The notes beneath the pieces were generated by a model, which was not told the origin of the DNA, searched no databases, and saw nothing but the letters and a program-made list of their open reading frames with translations. The translations under genes and the position numbers were made by a program. DNA of 64,000 nt, from contig JAHRHZ010000267.1 of assembly GCA_024137785.1 (NCBI GenBank), positions 21,665,100 to 21,729,099 of the forward strand. The letters run 5' to 3'. The DNA comes from Ginglymostoma cirratum. Lineage: Eukaryota. Positions 13,861-24,943 of the stretch are shown piece after piece (the first letter of the stretch is position 1; each line of letters begins with the position of its first letter).

Positions 13861-13889
13861 CCAATGTGTCAGCCTTTGTTACAGAAGAG

Positions 13890-14460
13890 ATTACAGTATA
13901 AGAATATGGAAGCTTTTCTATGAATATAATAAGTGTTGGTGAAGCCATATTTGCAGTACTGCATGCAGTTTTGGTCTCCTGACCTAAATGAAGGGCGTGC
14001 TTGTCTAAGAGGAAGTACGACGCAATTTCACTCCACGAGCTCATAGGATGAAGCAGTTACACTATGAGGAGAGGTTTGACTTGGCCTATATTCCCTGGTA
14101 CATAGAAGATGAGAGTTGGCCTAATTGAAATGAGGGCCGCATGAGAGAGAGAGAGATATATGTTTTCCCACTTATAAAATTCTGAACCATAAACTCACTA
14201 CAAGTTTTTTTTCAGGACTGAGATGAGAAGAAATTTATTCGCTCAGAATTCTCTACTCCAAACAGCTGTGGCTACCTAATTGTGGAGTACATTCAAGACA
14301 AAGGTCACGAGATTTTTTTTGAGTACTAAGAGAACTAAACATATGATTATACTGCAGAATGGTAGATGGAGGTAGATGAAAGCTTATAATTTCGGTGAAA
14401 CGCAGAACAGGCTCAAAGGGCCAAATGGCCTGCTCCTTTGCATATTTTGTATGTTCTTTC
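13890..14460 (+). mobile_element. Decayed CR1 3' portion
   Basis: gcagtactgcatgcagttttggtctcct (YCxQFWSP) and terminal ggctcaaagggccaaatggcctgctcct. Confidence 0.75.
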
Positions 14461-14592
14461 AGGCTTTAAGAATATTTTAATTATATTTTGGTGAACACCA
14501 AATCGTAAATGACAACCACTAAATGAGAAGTACTAGCCATTAAACTCCCTAACCAACAAATTTAACATTCAATTGTAAGTATTCAGGATACT

Positions 14593-14593
<1 letters not shown>

Positions 14594-14641
<48 letters not shown>
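14594..14641. repeat. (CA)24 microsatellite
   Basis: Perfect CA run. Confidence 0.97.
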
Positions 14642-14643
<2 letters not shown>

Positions 14644-14709
14644 GAGTTGACTATGGCATCACTTCCAAGTTCTCACTCTGCTTGTCCGTCTTTCCGTCCC
14701 CCATTTAAA

Positions 14710-15178
14710 AACATAGAACAGTACAGCACAGGCCCTTCGGCCCACAATGTTGTGCTGACCTATTAGCCTACTAAAATCAAACTACCCTGCATACCCTACA
14801 TTATACGACCATCCATGTGCCTATCCGAGAGTCGCTTAAATGTCTCTAATGTATCTGACTCCACTACCACTGCCAGCAGCTCATTCCATGCGCCCAGCAC
14901 TCTGTGTAAAGAACCTACCTCTGATATCTCCCTATACCTTCCTCCAATCATCTTAAAATTATGCCCCCTCGTAATAGTCATTTCCGCCCTGGGAAAAAGT
15001 CTCTGGGTCTCCACTCTATCTATGCCTCTCATTATCTTGTACACCTCTATCAAGTCACGTCTCATCCTTCTTTGCTCCAATAAGAAAAGCCCTCGCTCCC
15101 TCAACCTTTCCTCATAAGACCTGCCCTCCATTCCAGGCAGCTTCCTGGTAAATCTCCTCTGCACCCTCTCTAAAGCTT
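14710..15178 (-). mobile_element. Relatively young 5'-truncated HER1/CR1 LINE 3' end
   Basis: Open ORF 14796-15164 (QRRFTRKLPGMEGRSYEERLRERGLFLLEQRRMRRDLIEVYKIMRGIDRV...) is the CR1 ORF2 C-terminus; tail catagaacagtacagcacaggcccttcggccc. Confidence 0.92.
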
Positions 15179-18042
15179 CATTTCTTCACTGAGCTCTGCT
15201 GCTGCCAGTGTGCGTAGTCTTTTAAAACCTGTCAGTCTAGTTCCTGTCTCAAGATTACACAAACCACAACAGAATGTTTTAGGCAAAAGAAATATCTCTG
15301 CTCCCCTGTGTGCACAATGCAATTCTCAATCAAATTTGGAATTTCCCACTATGGTCACAATGTAGCCGATTAGCTTTGTAATCGGTGATTAAGCTCCCTT
15401 ATTTCAGCACTATCTTTACATGCTTAAACAGCAGGAGCAAGACTGAGGAAATGCCAGGTATAGAAGTGTGAGTGTGTTACTTCTTCCTATGTTACCTTCT
15501 CCTAGGTTCCTGCCTATGCACTGTCTTTAACAGACACAGAAAAGCAGGTAAGGACGAGAAGCCAGTGAAGGATCAAAAATCTAATGACAGGTTTTAGTTT
15601 ACAACTGAGATTGGAATCTCACTGCAAGATCACAGAAACGTGAAGCAGTCTGTATCCCTTCCCTCTCCTGGCATCTTGTCACATGTAGCTGCGGCATTTA
15701 TCTCAGAAATTTAATACATATTAACACTGAATCTTCTATTCTGAGGATAGACCACACTGCCCAAAGCCAGTCCACAGCTTATCCTTTCAGAATTTTTTTT
15801 TCAATTTTTAAACCTTAAATCTCAAAGACAGGAGTATGATTAATTAAATGCAATATATCCATTTATTTCACAAGTATATTAGAATATCCAGAGCACAAGG
15901 TACTTAGATGACTAAGAAGCATCTGCAGGTTCAGATCCACCCAATACAGACAAGGTATCTTCTCATACAGCCTTTAGATTCAATAGGATTTATGCCATAG
16001 TACAGATCCTAAACATGACTTGCAGCATCATAAGTTTGTGGATTTTCAATCACATGGTTTCTACAGCCATTTTTCTACTCCAAGACAATCCAAATCTTTT
16101 GAGACTCAGCCCGTTTATTTTCTCTCACACATGTCCGCTCGAGAGTCATGATATCTTTTGGCACGAGTAGACTGCCATCAGATTTTTGTAGGAGTTATAT
16201 TCCTCATATAGAACCAAAGGAACAGTTTTGTTTAACTTGGGAAAAAATCTTTAGAATGAGCAAATAGCAAATTTTTTGTCAAGGAAGCTATGATGTCAAA
16301 ACAACAACTTTTGCTTTCAGTACATTAAAGGTTAAGGACAAATAACTTAAGAAATTGGGTAATAGTCTAACTGGTAAAACGATTTTTGAATATGACCAGC
16401 AATATTCTGCAAGTTTGAAGAGTTACTATGTCAGTTAAGCATACACCTTCAGAAAAGCAGGTTTTGCTTTTACATTCTTGTACAATCCATGTGCCATTTG
16501 CACAGTATTTAAATAAAAGCAAATGGATTAAGATACTAGAAGACTGTTCTGAAAGGTCTCAAACGCCCCAGAAGTCCGTAAAACTCTTTTATAAAGTAGC
16601 CAAAGAACACTGAGGTTTTGTTACCATAGTGACAGCTCATAAATCATTACTTATTGTCTGCCATTATAAATGTGACAGGTTCACACTGTCATAAAGCTCC
16701 ATGCACTTTCTGTTAATTTTGAGGTATTTCCATACATCATTTGTTTTCCAAAAGAAATGTCATGACAACCACTGAACACTTAAGCTTGTTACCAGGTACT
16801 GGGCTTTTCATTAGGCAATCTTTCCATCCCTACCCCCTTCCCCTGCCATTACGCACTTTTTTGCATTATTGAGTAGTTTACCAGTTCAATTTAGAAGTAC
16901 ATTTCTTAACTTGCAGAAAGCATAATATGCTCAGCTTAGCAGAAAATATAAGGGCATACCAGTTGCTATGGTGACTTAAACAGATCAATTTTCTGTCATA
17001 ATTCTAAAGGAAATACTCTCCTGTGGTTTAAAGTACTAATTACCAATGCAGAATGCTTGCTAACATGTTCAGCTCACAGTACAAAGTTGTGCATGGCTAA
17101 TTCATGAGCTGAAACAGTTTTGAATATTGGTACAGAATGAATAATGTCTTTGACATCTATGCAGTCCTTTAAAGGTTGTTTTCATATTCTTTCATGTTTC
17201 CTAGACTCTGTTATGTCCTACTCCGAATGGCCAAGAACTTTGTATTGTGCACCGTCAAAATCCAAATGTAGTCTTAAGATTTATCTTTATCTGAATTACT
17301 GGGACATATTTCATTTTCAATGTGAAACATGCTCACTTCAGCCTTTGGTGCTAACGTATGGTTCATCACTGTTCAGTTCTGATCATTTTGCTCCTTTTGT
17401 CCTGCAACACACTAGTCCTTTTCAGGGACTGATATTCAACTTTGTTCCCAGCGCTTTCTTTAAGTTATCCATGAACCTTTTCATAGTGCATTCGTCTTGA
17501 AGAAGCGCAGAGTAATGACTTGTTTGGAAACAATTCACAGTGGAAAGGAATGACACAAACTAGGTCCAATCAATTTATAAAATTGAAGTCTCTCTTTTAC
17601 TTTAATTGGTAAAAAATGTACTTTATCCAAAATATTTTATGTCGCAGACTTCTGATTTTTTTAAAAAAAAGGATAAAAGGTCAAATTGTTAACAACTAAC
17701 CATAATCGCAACTCACGTTTCTTAAGAGCAACCATCACAGCACAATTTTATCATTATTGTTTTGACTTTACAGTCCATCACTGTGCAATTTAAATTTTAA
17801 AAAACGCATGATGAAAATGTGCTCCTTGATATTATCAACTAGGTTAATAAAACATACTTGTCACAAATATAACTTCACATCTACTGTTTTTCTATTCATC
17901 TAATTTCTGAGCAAACTGTACATTTTTCATCACATCATGACTTCTGAGCCATTATTTAACAGAAGCTGACAAACTGTGCCACACAATTGCACAAGAAGTG
18001 ATTGCACACACTCTACAAAAGCTATGGATATATTGTCTCTAA

Positions 18043-18390
18043 ATCATAGAAAATCACAGAAACCCTACACTGTGGAAACAGGCCATTTGGCCCAATAAGT
18101 TCACATTGTCCCTCTGAAGAGCATTCCACCCAGACCAATTTGCCCACTCCTGCATTTCCCTTGTCTAACCCACCTAACCCAAACACCCCTAGGCACCATG
18201 GGCAATTTAGCATGGCCAATCCACCTACCCTGCACATCTTTGGAGCGTGGGAGGAAACCGGAGGAAACCCACGCAGACACGGGGAGAATGTGCAAACTCC
18301 ACACAGACAGTCACCCGAGGGTGGAATTGAAGCAGAGTCCCTGACGTTGTGAGGCAGCAGTGCTAACAACTGAGCCACTGTGCCACCCCA
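18043..18390 (-). mobile_element. HE1-type V-SINE, full length
   Basis: Minus strand: tRNA head gggtggcacagtggctcagttgttagcactgctgcctcac, V domain gtgtggagtttgcacattctccccgtgtctgcgtgggtttcctccgg, HER1-like tail gggccaaatggcctgtttccacagtgtaggg. Confidence 0.92.
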
Positions 18391-18401
18391 TTATTGCTGG
18401 G

Positions 18402-18450
18402 CTCAGAGACCCAGGTAATGCTCTGGGGACCCGGATTCAAATCCCACTGC
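18402..18450 (+). mobile_element. Partial tRNA-SINE head (same family as 1030-1372)
   Basis: cagagacccaggtaatgctctggggacccggattcaaatcccact with B box. Confidence 0.55.
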
Positions 18451-18824
18451 GATCAACCCTACCTTCCTTTGCCCTTTCACCAGCCAATTTTATTGCTCCA
18501 GGGATAATCGGTCTCTGAATGACATTTTGTCTTTGGACCTTACCTGTTTGCTACTTCCACAAGTTCTGCCGTCTTTTCTTTTCATTCCAAAAGTGGTGTT
18601 ACACACAACTGAACAGGTTAATTTTCCGATTGCCAAATCACCCCTGATATTCTTCATCTATTAGGTTCAGCTGTCTCTCTCTCGTAGTAACTGTGTTTCA
18701 ACTAACTCTCATGTCTTCATAAAGCAATAATTCACCTAAACTGGTAAAATTACTTTTTTTTCTCTTCTCGGTCATCTGGATCGTTTCTCTTCATGGGAAT
18801 CTGGTTCATTACATGAGCCATGAT

Positions 18825-19920
18825 TTTGCAGGTAGCGTATTGGCATGGATAGAGAGCTGGTTCATGGGCAGGAAACAGCTAGTGGGGTTATGTGTTCTTT
18901 TTCAGGTTGACAAACAATAACCAGTGGGATTCCACAGGGCTCTGTGCTGGGTCCGCAACTGTTTACAACATTTACTAAATGACTTGGAGGAAGGAAATAA
19001 ATGTACTGTCACCCAATTTGCGCATGACACGAAAATAGGTGGAAAGGCAGGTTATCAGAGAGATATAAACAGATTACAGAGAGATATTGATCAGTTCGGT
19101 AAATGCACAAAAAGTTGACAAATGGAGCATTATGTGGGAAAATGTTAAGTTGTTCATTTTGGAAGAAAGAATAAAGAAAAACAGAATATTATTTAGATGG
19201 AGGAAAAACTGCAGAAAGCTGCCACACAAGGGGACTTGGGGGTTACCTGTGCACGAAACACAGAAAGCTAGCACACAGGTGCAGCAGGTCATCAGGAGGT
19301 GAACAGAATGTTGGCCCTTATTTAAAGGGGGTTTGAGTTGAAGAGTAGGGCAGTCTTCCTGCAACTGTACAAGGTGCTGATAAGACCACATCTGGAGTAC
19401 TGTGAGCAGTTTTGGTCCCAACATTTAAGGAAAGATATTGTTTTATTTGCGGCAGTTCTGAGAAGGTTCACTTATTATGATTGTCTTATGAGCAATGAGT
19501 GAACAGGTTGGGACTCTATTCACTGGAAGAACGAGAGGTGATTTCATTGAAACATATAGGGTTCTTAATGGGCTTGATAGGGTAAATGCTGAGAGGACTT
19601 CTCCCCTCATGGGTGAGTCTAGGACCAGAAAGATTAAGTTTCACAACAAAGGGGAACCAATTTAAGACTGAGATGAGGAGGAATTGCTTCTCTGAGTGAT
19701 GAATGTCTTTGGAACTCCTTGCCACAGAGCATAGTGGGGGCAGAGTCCTTGCCTATATTTAAGGCTGCAATATACTTTGCATCATCAGGGAAACAAGGGT
19801 TATGGGAAAGGGCAGGAAAGTGGACATGAGGAATGTCAGATCTGCTATGATAATGTTTAATGACAGAGCAAGCTCGAGGGGCTGAACAGCCTACTCCTTA
19901 TCCTATTTCTTATGGCCTTA
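18825..19920 (+). mobile_element. CR1 LINE RT to 3' end, decayed
   Basis: LNDLEEGNKCTVTQFAHDTKIGG (FADDTK motif), LQRDID, and terminal gctcgaggggctgaacagcctactcc. Confidence 0.9.
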
Positions 19921-20069
19921 TTATAGCAATAAAAACAACTACATTTGGTCAAGTATACTTACTGTGTACATCGGGAGCAGGTACAGATACATCTGCTCCC
20001 TCTGGAAACTATAATCCTTGTCTCCATAAAGACTGTGTGGTTCTACCTATTCTACTGAAGACACAAAGT

Positions 20070-20305
20070 AACATGAACATACAAATCAGGAGCAGAAGTA
20101 GGCTATTCAGCCCCTCAATCCTGCTTCACCGTTCAAAAAGATCATGGCTAATTTGACCATAACCTCAAATCCGTATTCCCATCTGTCCCTGAGAACCTCT
20201 CAATTCTTTGCTTACAAAAATCCAACTATCTCTGTCCTAAAAATATTTAAGCACGCTGCTTCCAACATTTCTTTCGGGACAGAGTTCTAAAGACTCATGA
20301 CCTAT
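20070..20305 (-). mobile_element. CR1 3' end
   Basis: aacatgaacatacaaatcaggagcagaagtaggctattcagcccctc is the reverse complement of a CR1 terminus. Confidence 0.75.
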
Positions 20306-21089
20306 TAGCCCCTTCAGAACAATTACTTCATACAACAAAGGTTTTTTTTGTAACAAACTGAATTAAGCGATGGGTTTAATGAAAACAGAGGCTTTCACCA
20401 GTCCATGAAACCCCAGCAGATATGCCGACACCACACATCTGCAGTTTATCGACAAACTTTTAAACTGTTTGAAAATTGTATTAATTCTTCAGCTGTGGAT
20501 TGAATTTTGTACCCACTCATTTGCTAGTAAGCATGATATATATTATTCTCCACTAATGAAAGGAATAGCAGTGGGCAAAAACTTAGATAACCATTGTCTT
20601 CACAGTCCGTCATTCACAACTGAAAGATTCTACAATGAAAATACATTACTGGAAATAACATGTTATTCTGTTCAGAGGCTTTTTCATTTCTTAATTGATA
20701 GGTTACCTGGTATTAACTGCACTTCAGCAACAGGTTCAAGTTTGAAAATATATTAATGCCCAATATTTCCTCAACACTGAGATTTACCAAATCCAAGGAC
20801 AAGTGAAGGGGAAGCTATGCTGGGAGTCTTCAAAAACTACTCAGCTGTTTTTCCTGATCAGCCAAGCAATATGAAGGATGCCAGGGCAGAAATCTATGTC
20901 ATACACCTTGCAAGTCCTCTCAACAAAAGGAGACAGCACAGATACACAGGCTGATTTGTGGACCGTAAATGACATGACCCTGCAAAGTCATCTAAAAATC
21001 AAGGAGCGGACACTTTCTGATGAGTGTTTGGTTCAAAGGTTCAATGGGTTAAAATGTCATTGTCCAGAGGTGAGACAACAGTCCACTAT

Positions 21090-21700
21090 GAGCGTAAAAA
21101 TGAGGTCTTGCCATGATGCCACACTTATGTCATTTTTCATGGAGGCAGGATTACGATTGGGTTCACAGCTACCTGCCCACTAATTGATGCCAATTAGGCT
21201 CATTAAAGGCACATTTTTAAGCCCACACTGCACATATCACTGGGATTTTCCATTTAACATGTGAGCTACCCTCCACGAAACACAATAAAAGGATGGAGAT
21301 GTCCTCGAATCGGCAGACCAGGAGACCGGTGCGCCATCCTGCATGAAAGCACCCACCTCCCCTCTGCACCAGCATATAGAGCCACAGTTGTGGCCTCCAG
21401 CTGTACAGTAGTGGAATTTCCCTAAAAAAAAGGATGCCCCAGTCACTCTGGCCTCAAACATCAGAGACAGCCTTCAGTTTAAGACATGTTTTCCTTTCTT
21501 CCTTCCTACAACTCACAACCGTTGACACCTTTCATTTACTGAGCCTCCAACCTTCGGAGCCCACCCATCATTCTTAATTTGACAGGGGTCTCAGGAGGTA
21601 GGCACTTAATTTTCCACCTCCTCAAAAATCACTTGCAGGGTTCTGCTGTGGCATCTCCTCATAATGTATCCCGACTTCAGAATCTAGACCTTGGAACAAA
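21090..21700. mobile_element. Putative non-autonomous DNA transposon remnant (Harbinger-like)
   Basis: GC-richer island with cctgcccactaattgatgccaattaggctcattaaaggc, a motif I recall from shark non-autonomous DNA elements; termini not resolved. Confidence 0.3.
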
Positions 21701-23139
21701 AATCAAGCCAGTTGATGCAGTCTTATGAACATAATAGTCCTAATTGTATTGCAGGGAACTTGGAGGATTCATTCAATTGTACCATACTGAAGGAGGCTAT
21801 TTGGCCAATGATGCTCGTACCAGCTCATTGAAGGGCCTTTTCAATTAATTCCACTGTCATGCCCGTTCCCTCTGGCCTTGTAAATTCCTCCAAAAGTTTG
21901 ATAAAGATTGATGATACATTCCGCAGCATCTACAATGTCTGCAAAAAAAAATCAGTGTTTGCCAAGAGTGTTAATTTGTGTTGATTTAGTGTAATGATCA
22001 TTTGGAATGTGAGCATAGGTTAGATCTACCATAAAAATACAGATAAAATAGGCTTGAATCACAGCCCCTGTGCAGTGCGCGGATTCCTTTCATCAGGATT
22101 ATTTATGTTGAACTTGGTTCAAAATTATATTTATTCATTTCAGTTTTGCTTGTGAAAACTCAGTACCATCAAAACCTAGCTAAATGCAACAAATAAGATA
22201 ACAGTAATTTCTGCTTTCCTGACACAGTAATTAATACATAAATATAGTCAAGGAAACAAATTAACACTCTTCCTTTTTTAAGTTTGTCGCTGTCACTGCG
22301 TAAACCTCATGAGACAACAAGTTCTTGGCTTATGTTAAGTTATGCTACGCTGCACCTGGCAGTGTTACTATTTGTGGTGAAATGCCACATAAAGCAGAAT
22401 TTAATCACAATGTGGGCTTCTAATTGCCCCACAGTTTCAGCAAGCATACTTTGAAGCAGATTGGATTACTTATTAATATTGCTAGAAGTTCATTGTTTTA
22501 TTGTTTTATGACCCTTGATTTAGTGAATTTACATAACCCTCTGCAATCTGGAGGAAACACAGCTTGTTACAGGATGAGATCATGCATTTTTAGTTTCCTA
22601 TTTCTCTAGAATGTTTCTTTGGATAATGCAGCAATCTAAAGATTTCTGCCAGCCGTACTGACTCTCCCACAACAGTGCAAAATGCAACACTGTTTTTAAC
22701 CAATGTCATTTAGCAAACTCATCCAACAAAACAACTCCCATTGTTACTTCCAGGCAATAATGTCTTTATTGGGTTTTGGTAAAACAGTCTGATGACCCGA
22801 AATTTCAGTATACCATGAAATCATTAGAAAGGAAAGATCACAGGGTTTAGAACTGGCTGCCAATTTGCTACTACCCATCTTCTATGCCACCTAGTTGGAT
22901 TTCAGGGTACCTTAGATGCAAGACATATTGCACCTTACACTATAGATGTAAGGCTTGGCAATAAGAAGTCAGCTGATTTTGTATTTCAGTGAACATCACT
23001 GTTTGAGATGTACAAGTACATACGTTCACTATTGCAATCTATTACCCACTGGTCAACATTCAAAGTACACAAAGACAGTTGGCAAATTCGCCCACTGACA
23101 ATCCCCAAAATGCCCATAAAATTTCAACTGCAGAGCCAA

Positions 23140-24165
23140 CCACAGAAACATGGAAAATTGGAACAGGAGTAGGCCATTCAGACCTTTGAGAGTGTTCCAG
23201 CATTCAATGTGATCGTGGATGATCATTCAACTGAATGCCCTGTTCCCACTTCCTCCTCACACCCTTCCATTCCGTTCGCCCGAAGAACTATATCTAAGTC
23301 CATTTTGGAAAACATTCAATGTTTTGACCTCATTACTTTCTGTAATAGAGAATTCCACAGGCTCACCACTCTCTGCGTGAAGAAATTTCTTCTCATCTCA
23401 GTCTTCAATAACCTACCCCATACACTTTTTTTGTGACACTATGTTCTGGCTCCCCAGTCATCAGGAACATTCTCACGGTCCTGTTAGTTTCTATGAGATC
23501 CCCCTCATTCTTCTAACTCCAGTGAATATAATCCTCATCAATCTAGTCTCTCGTCATGTGTGAGTCCACTATCTGGAATCAGTCTGGTAAACCTTTGTTG
23601 TGATCCCTCCATAACTAGAACAATCTTCCTCATAAAAGGAGACAAAAACTGCACACAATATTCCTGGTATGGTCATATCAAGGCTCCGTATAACTGCAGA
23701 AGGACATCCCTGTTTCCTGTATTAGGATCTTCTTGCTATGAAGGCCAACACCCCACTTGCTTTCTTCACCACCTGCTGCACCTGCATACTTACTTTCAGC
23801 GACTGGTGTAGAACAGCCAGGTCTTGTTGCACACTCCCTTCTCCTAATCAATCGCCATTCAGATAATAACCTGCCTTCTTATCTCTGCTAACAAAGTGGA
23901 TAACTTCACATTTATCACCTTACACTGCATTTGCTCACTCATTCAACTTGTCCAAATTACACAGAATCAGCTCTGCAGCTTCCTCACGGCTCACCTTCCT
24001 ATCCAGCATTGTGTCATTTGCAAACTTGGAGCGATTACTTATATTTCCTTCATCTAAATAATCAATATATATTGTGAATAGCTGGGGCCCCAGCACTGAT
24101 CTTTATGATACCGCACTAGTATCTGGCATTTGGAAAATGATCTGTTATTTATTCCTATTCCATTG
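23140..24165 (-). mobile_element. CR1 LINE 3' portion
   Basis: Terminal gaaacatggaaaattggaacaggagtaggccattcagacc; gtgtcatttgcaaacttgg (reverse complement KFANDT); ggccccagcactgatc (reverse complement GSVLGP). Confidence 0.88.
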
Positions 24166-24851
24166 ATTCTGACCTACAAGGAAAAGTTACAATAAATATT
24201 GTTCAGGAGCTGCTCTTCCAATCACAGACTCACTATTTCTGGAAAGCAGCAACCTATCAGCAGACAGAAGCAGCCTCTGATTGGAGGAGCTGTGAGAAAG
24301 TTGAGTGGCAGCAGTGAACCAAGCTGTCCAGGTCGTGTATACAGGGTGGGAGAAAGTGTGGCGAGAGGAACAGAATGGCAAGTCTGACCTGGGATTCAGT
24401 CGGCCGACAGAATGTGGAGTGTAACTGTAAAGTATGGGAGAGGAGCTTCAAATGGAGTGAAGCCAGCAGCAAAAGCGGTGTGGGAAAGGGGCCACAAAAG
24501 GTCAGAAGAGGGCCTTCAAAGGGCAACAAGAGGCTGCATTGTGGGGAGAGGATTTGAAAAGAAAAGGGACAAGTTATAAAAAGGAGAAGTAAGAAGTAAG
24601 ACTTTCAAAAAAAAATAATGTGGATGCTGTTGTCATGAACTCTGTGTTAGTTATGTAATTTAATTCTGAACTGTTTATTTCATAAAGATTTGCTTTGGTG
24701 TTATCAGAGCTCAAAGCATCTCACCACACTGTGAATTACTTGAGGTGCAAGGAATGTGTTAAAAACAAAGTTGCAACCCGTGAACTAGAGATAACAAGGT
24801 GTGGAGCTGGATGAACACAGCAGGCCAAGCAGCATCATAGGAACAGGAGAG

Positions 24852-24885
24852 CTTGACGTTTCGGGCCTAGACCCTTCATCAGAAA
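24852..24885 (-). ncRNA. Minimal type I hammerhead ribozyme motif
   Basis: Minus-strand RNA uuu-CUGAUGA-A-GGGUC-UA-GGCCC-GAAAC-GUC^-aag: full core, stem II, palindromic ACGU stem III, short stem I. Confidence 0.78.
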
Positions 24886-24909
24886 TGTCTGTTATTTATT
24901 CCTATTCCA

Positions 24910-24943
24910 TTTCTGATGAAGGGTCTAGGCCCGAAACATCAAG
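24910..24943 (+). ncRNA. Minimal type I hammerhead ribozyme motif (stem III mutated)
   Basis: ttt-CTGATGA-A-GGGTCTAGGCCC-GAAAC-ATC-aag; GTC changed to ATC, consistent with CpG decay. Confidence 0.65.

Noticed and set aside
14796-15164. 122-aa open ORF as a host gene
   Set aside because: It is the CR1/HER1 ORF2 C-terminus of a 5'-truncated LINE
18300-18390. tRNA genes at A/B-box sites (also 1030, 53370, 59955)
   Set aside because: They are SINE heads that continue into SINE bodies, with no complete cloverleaf
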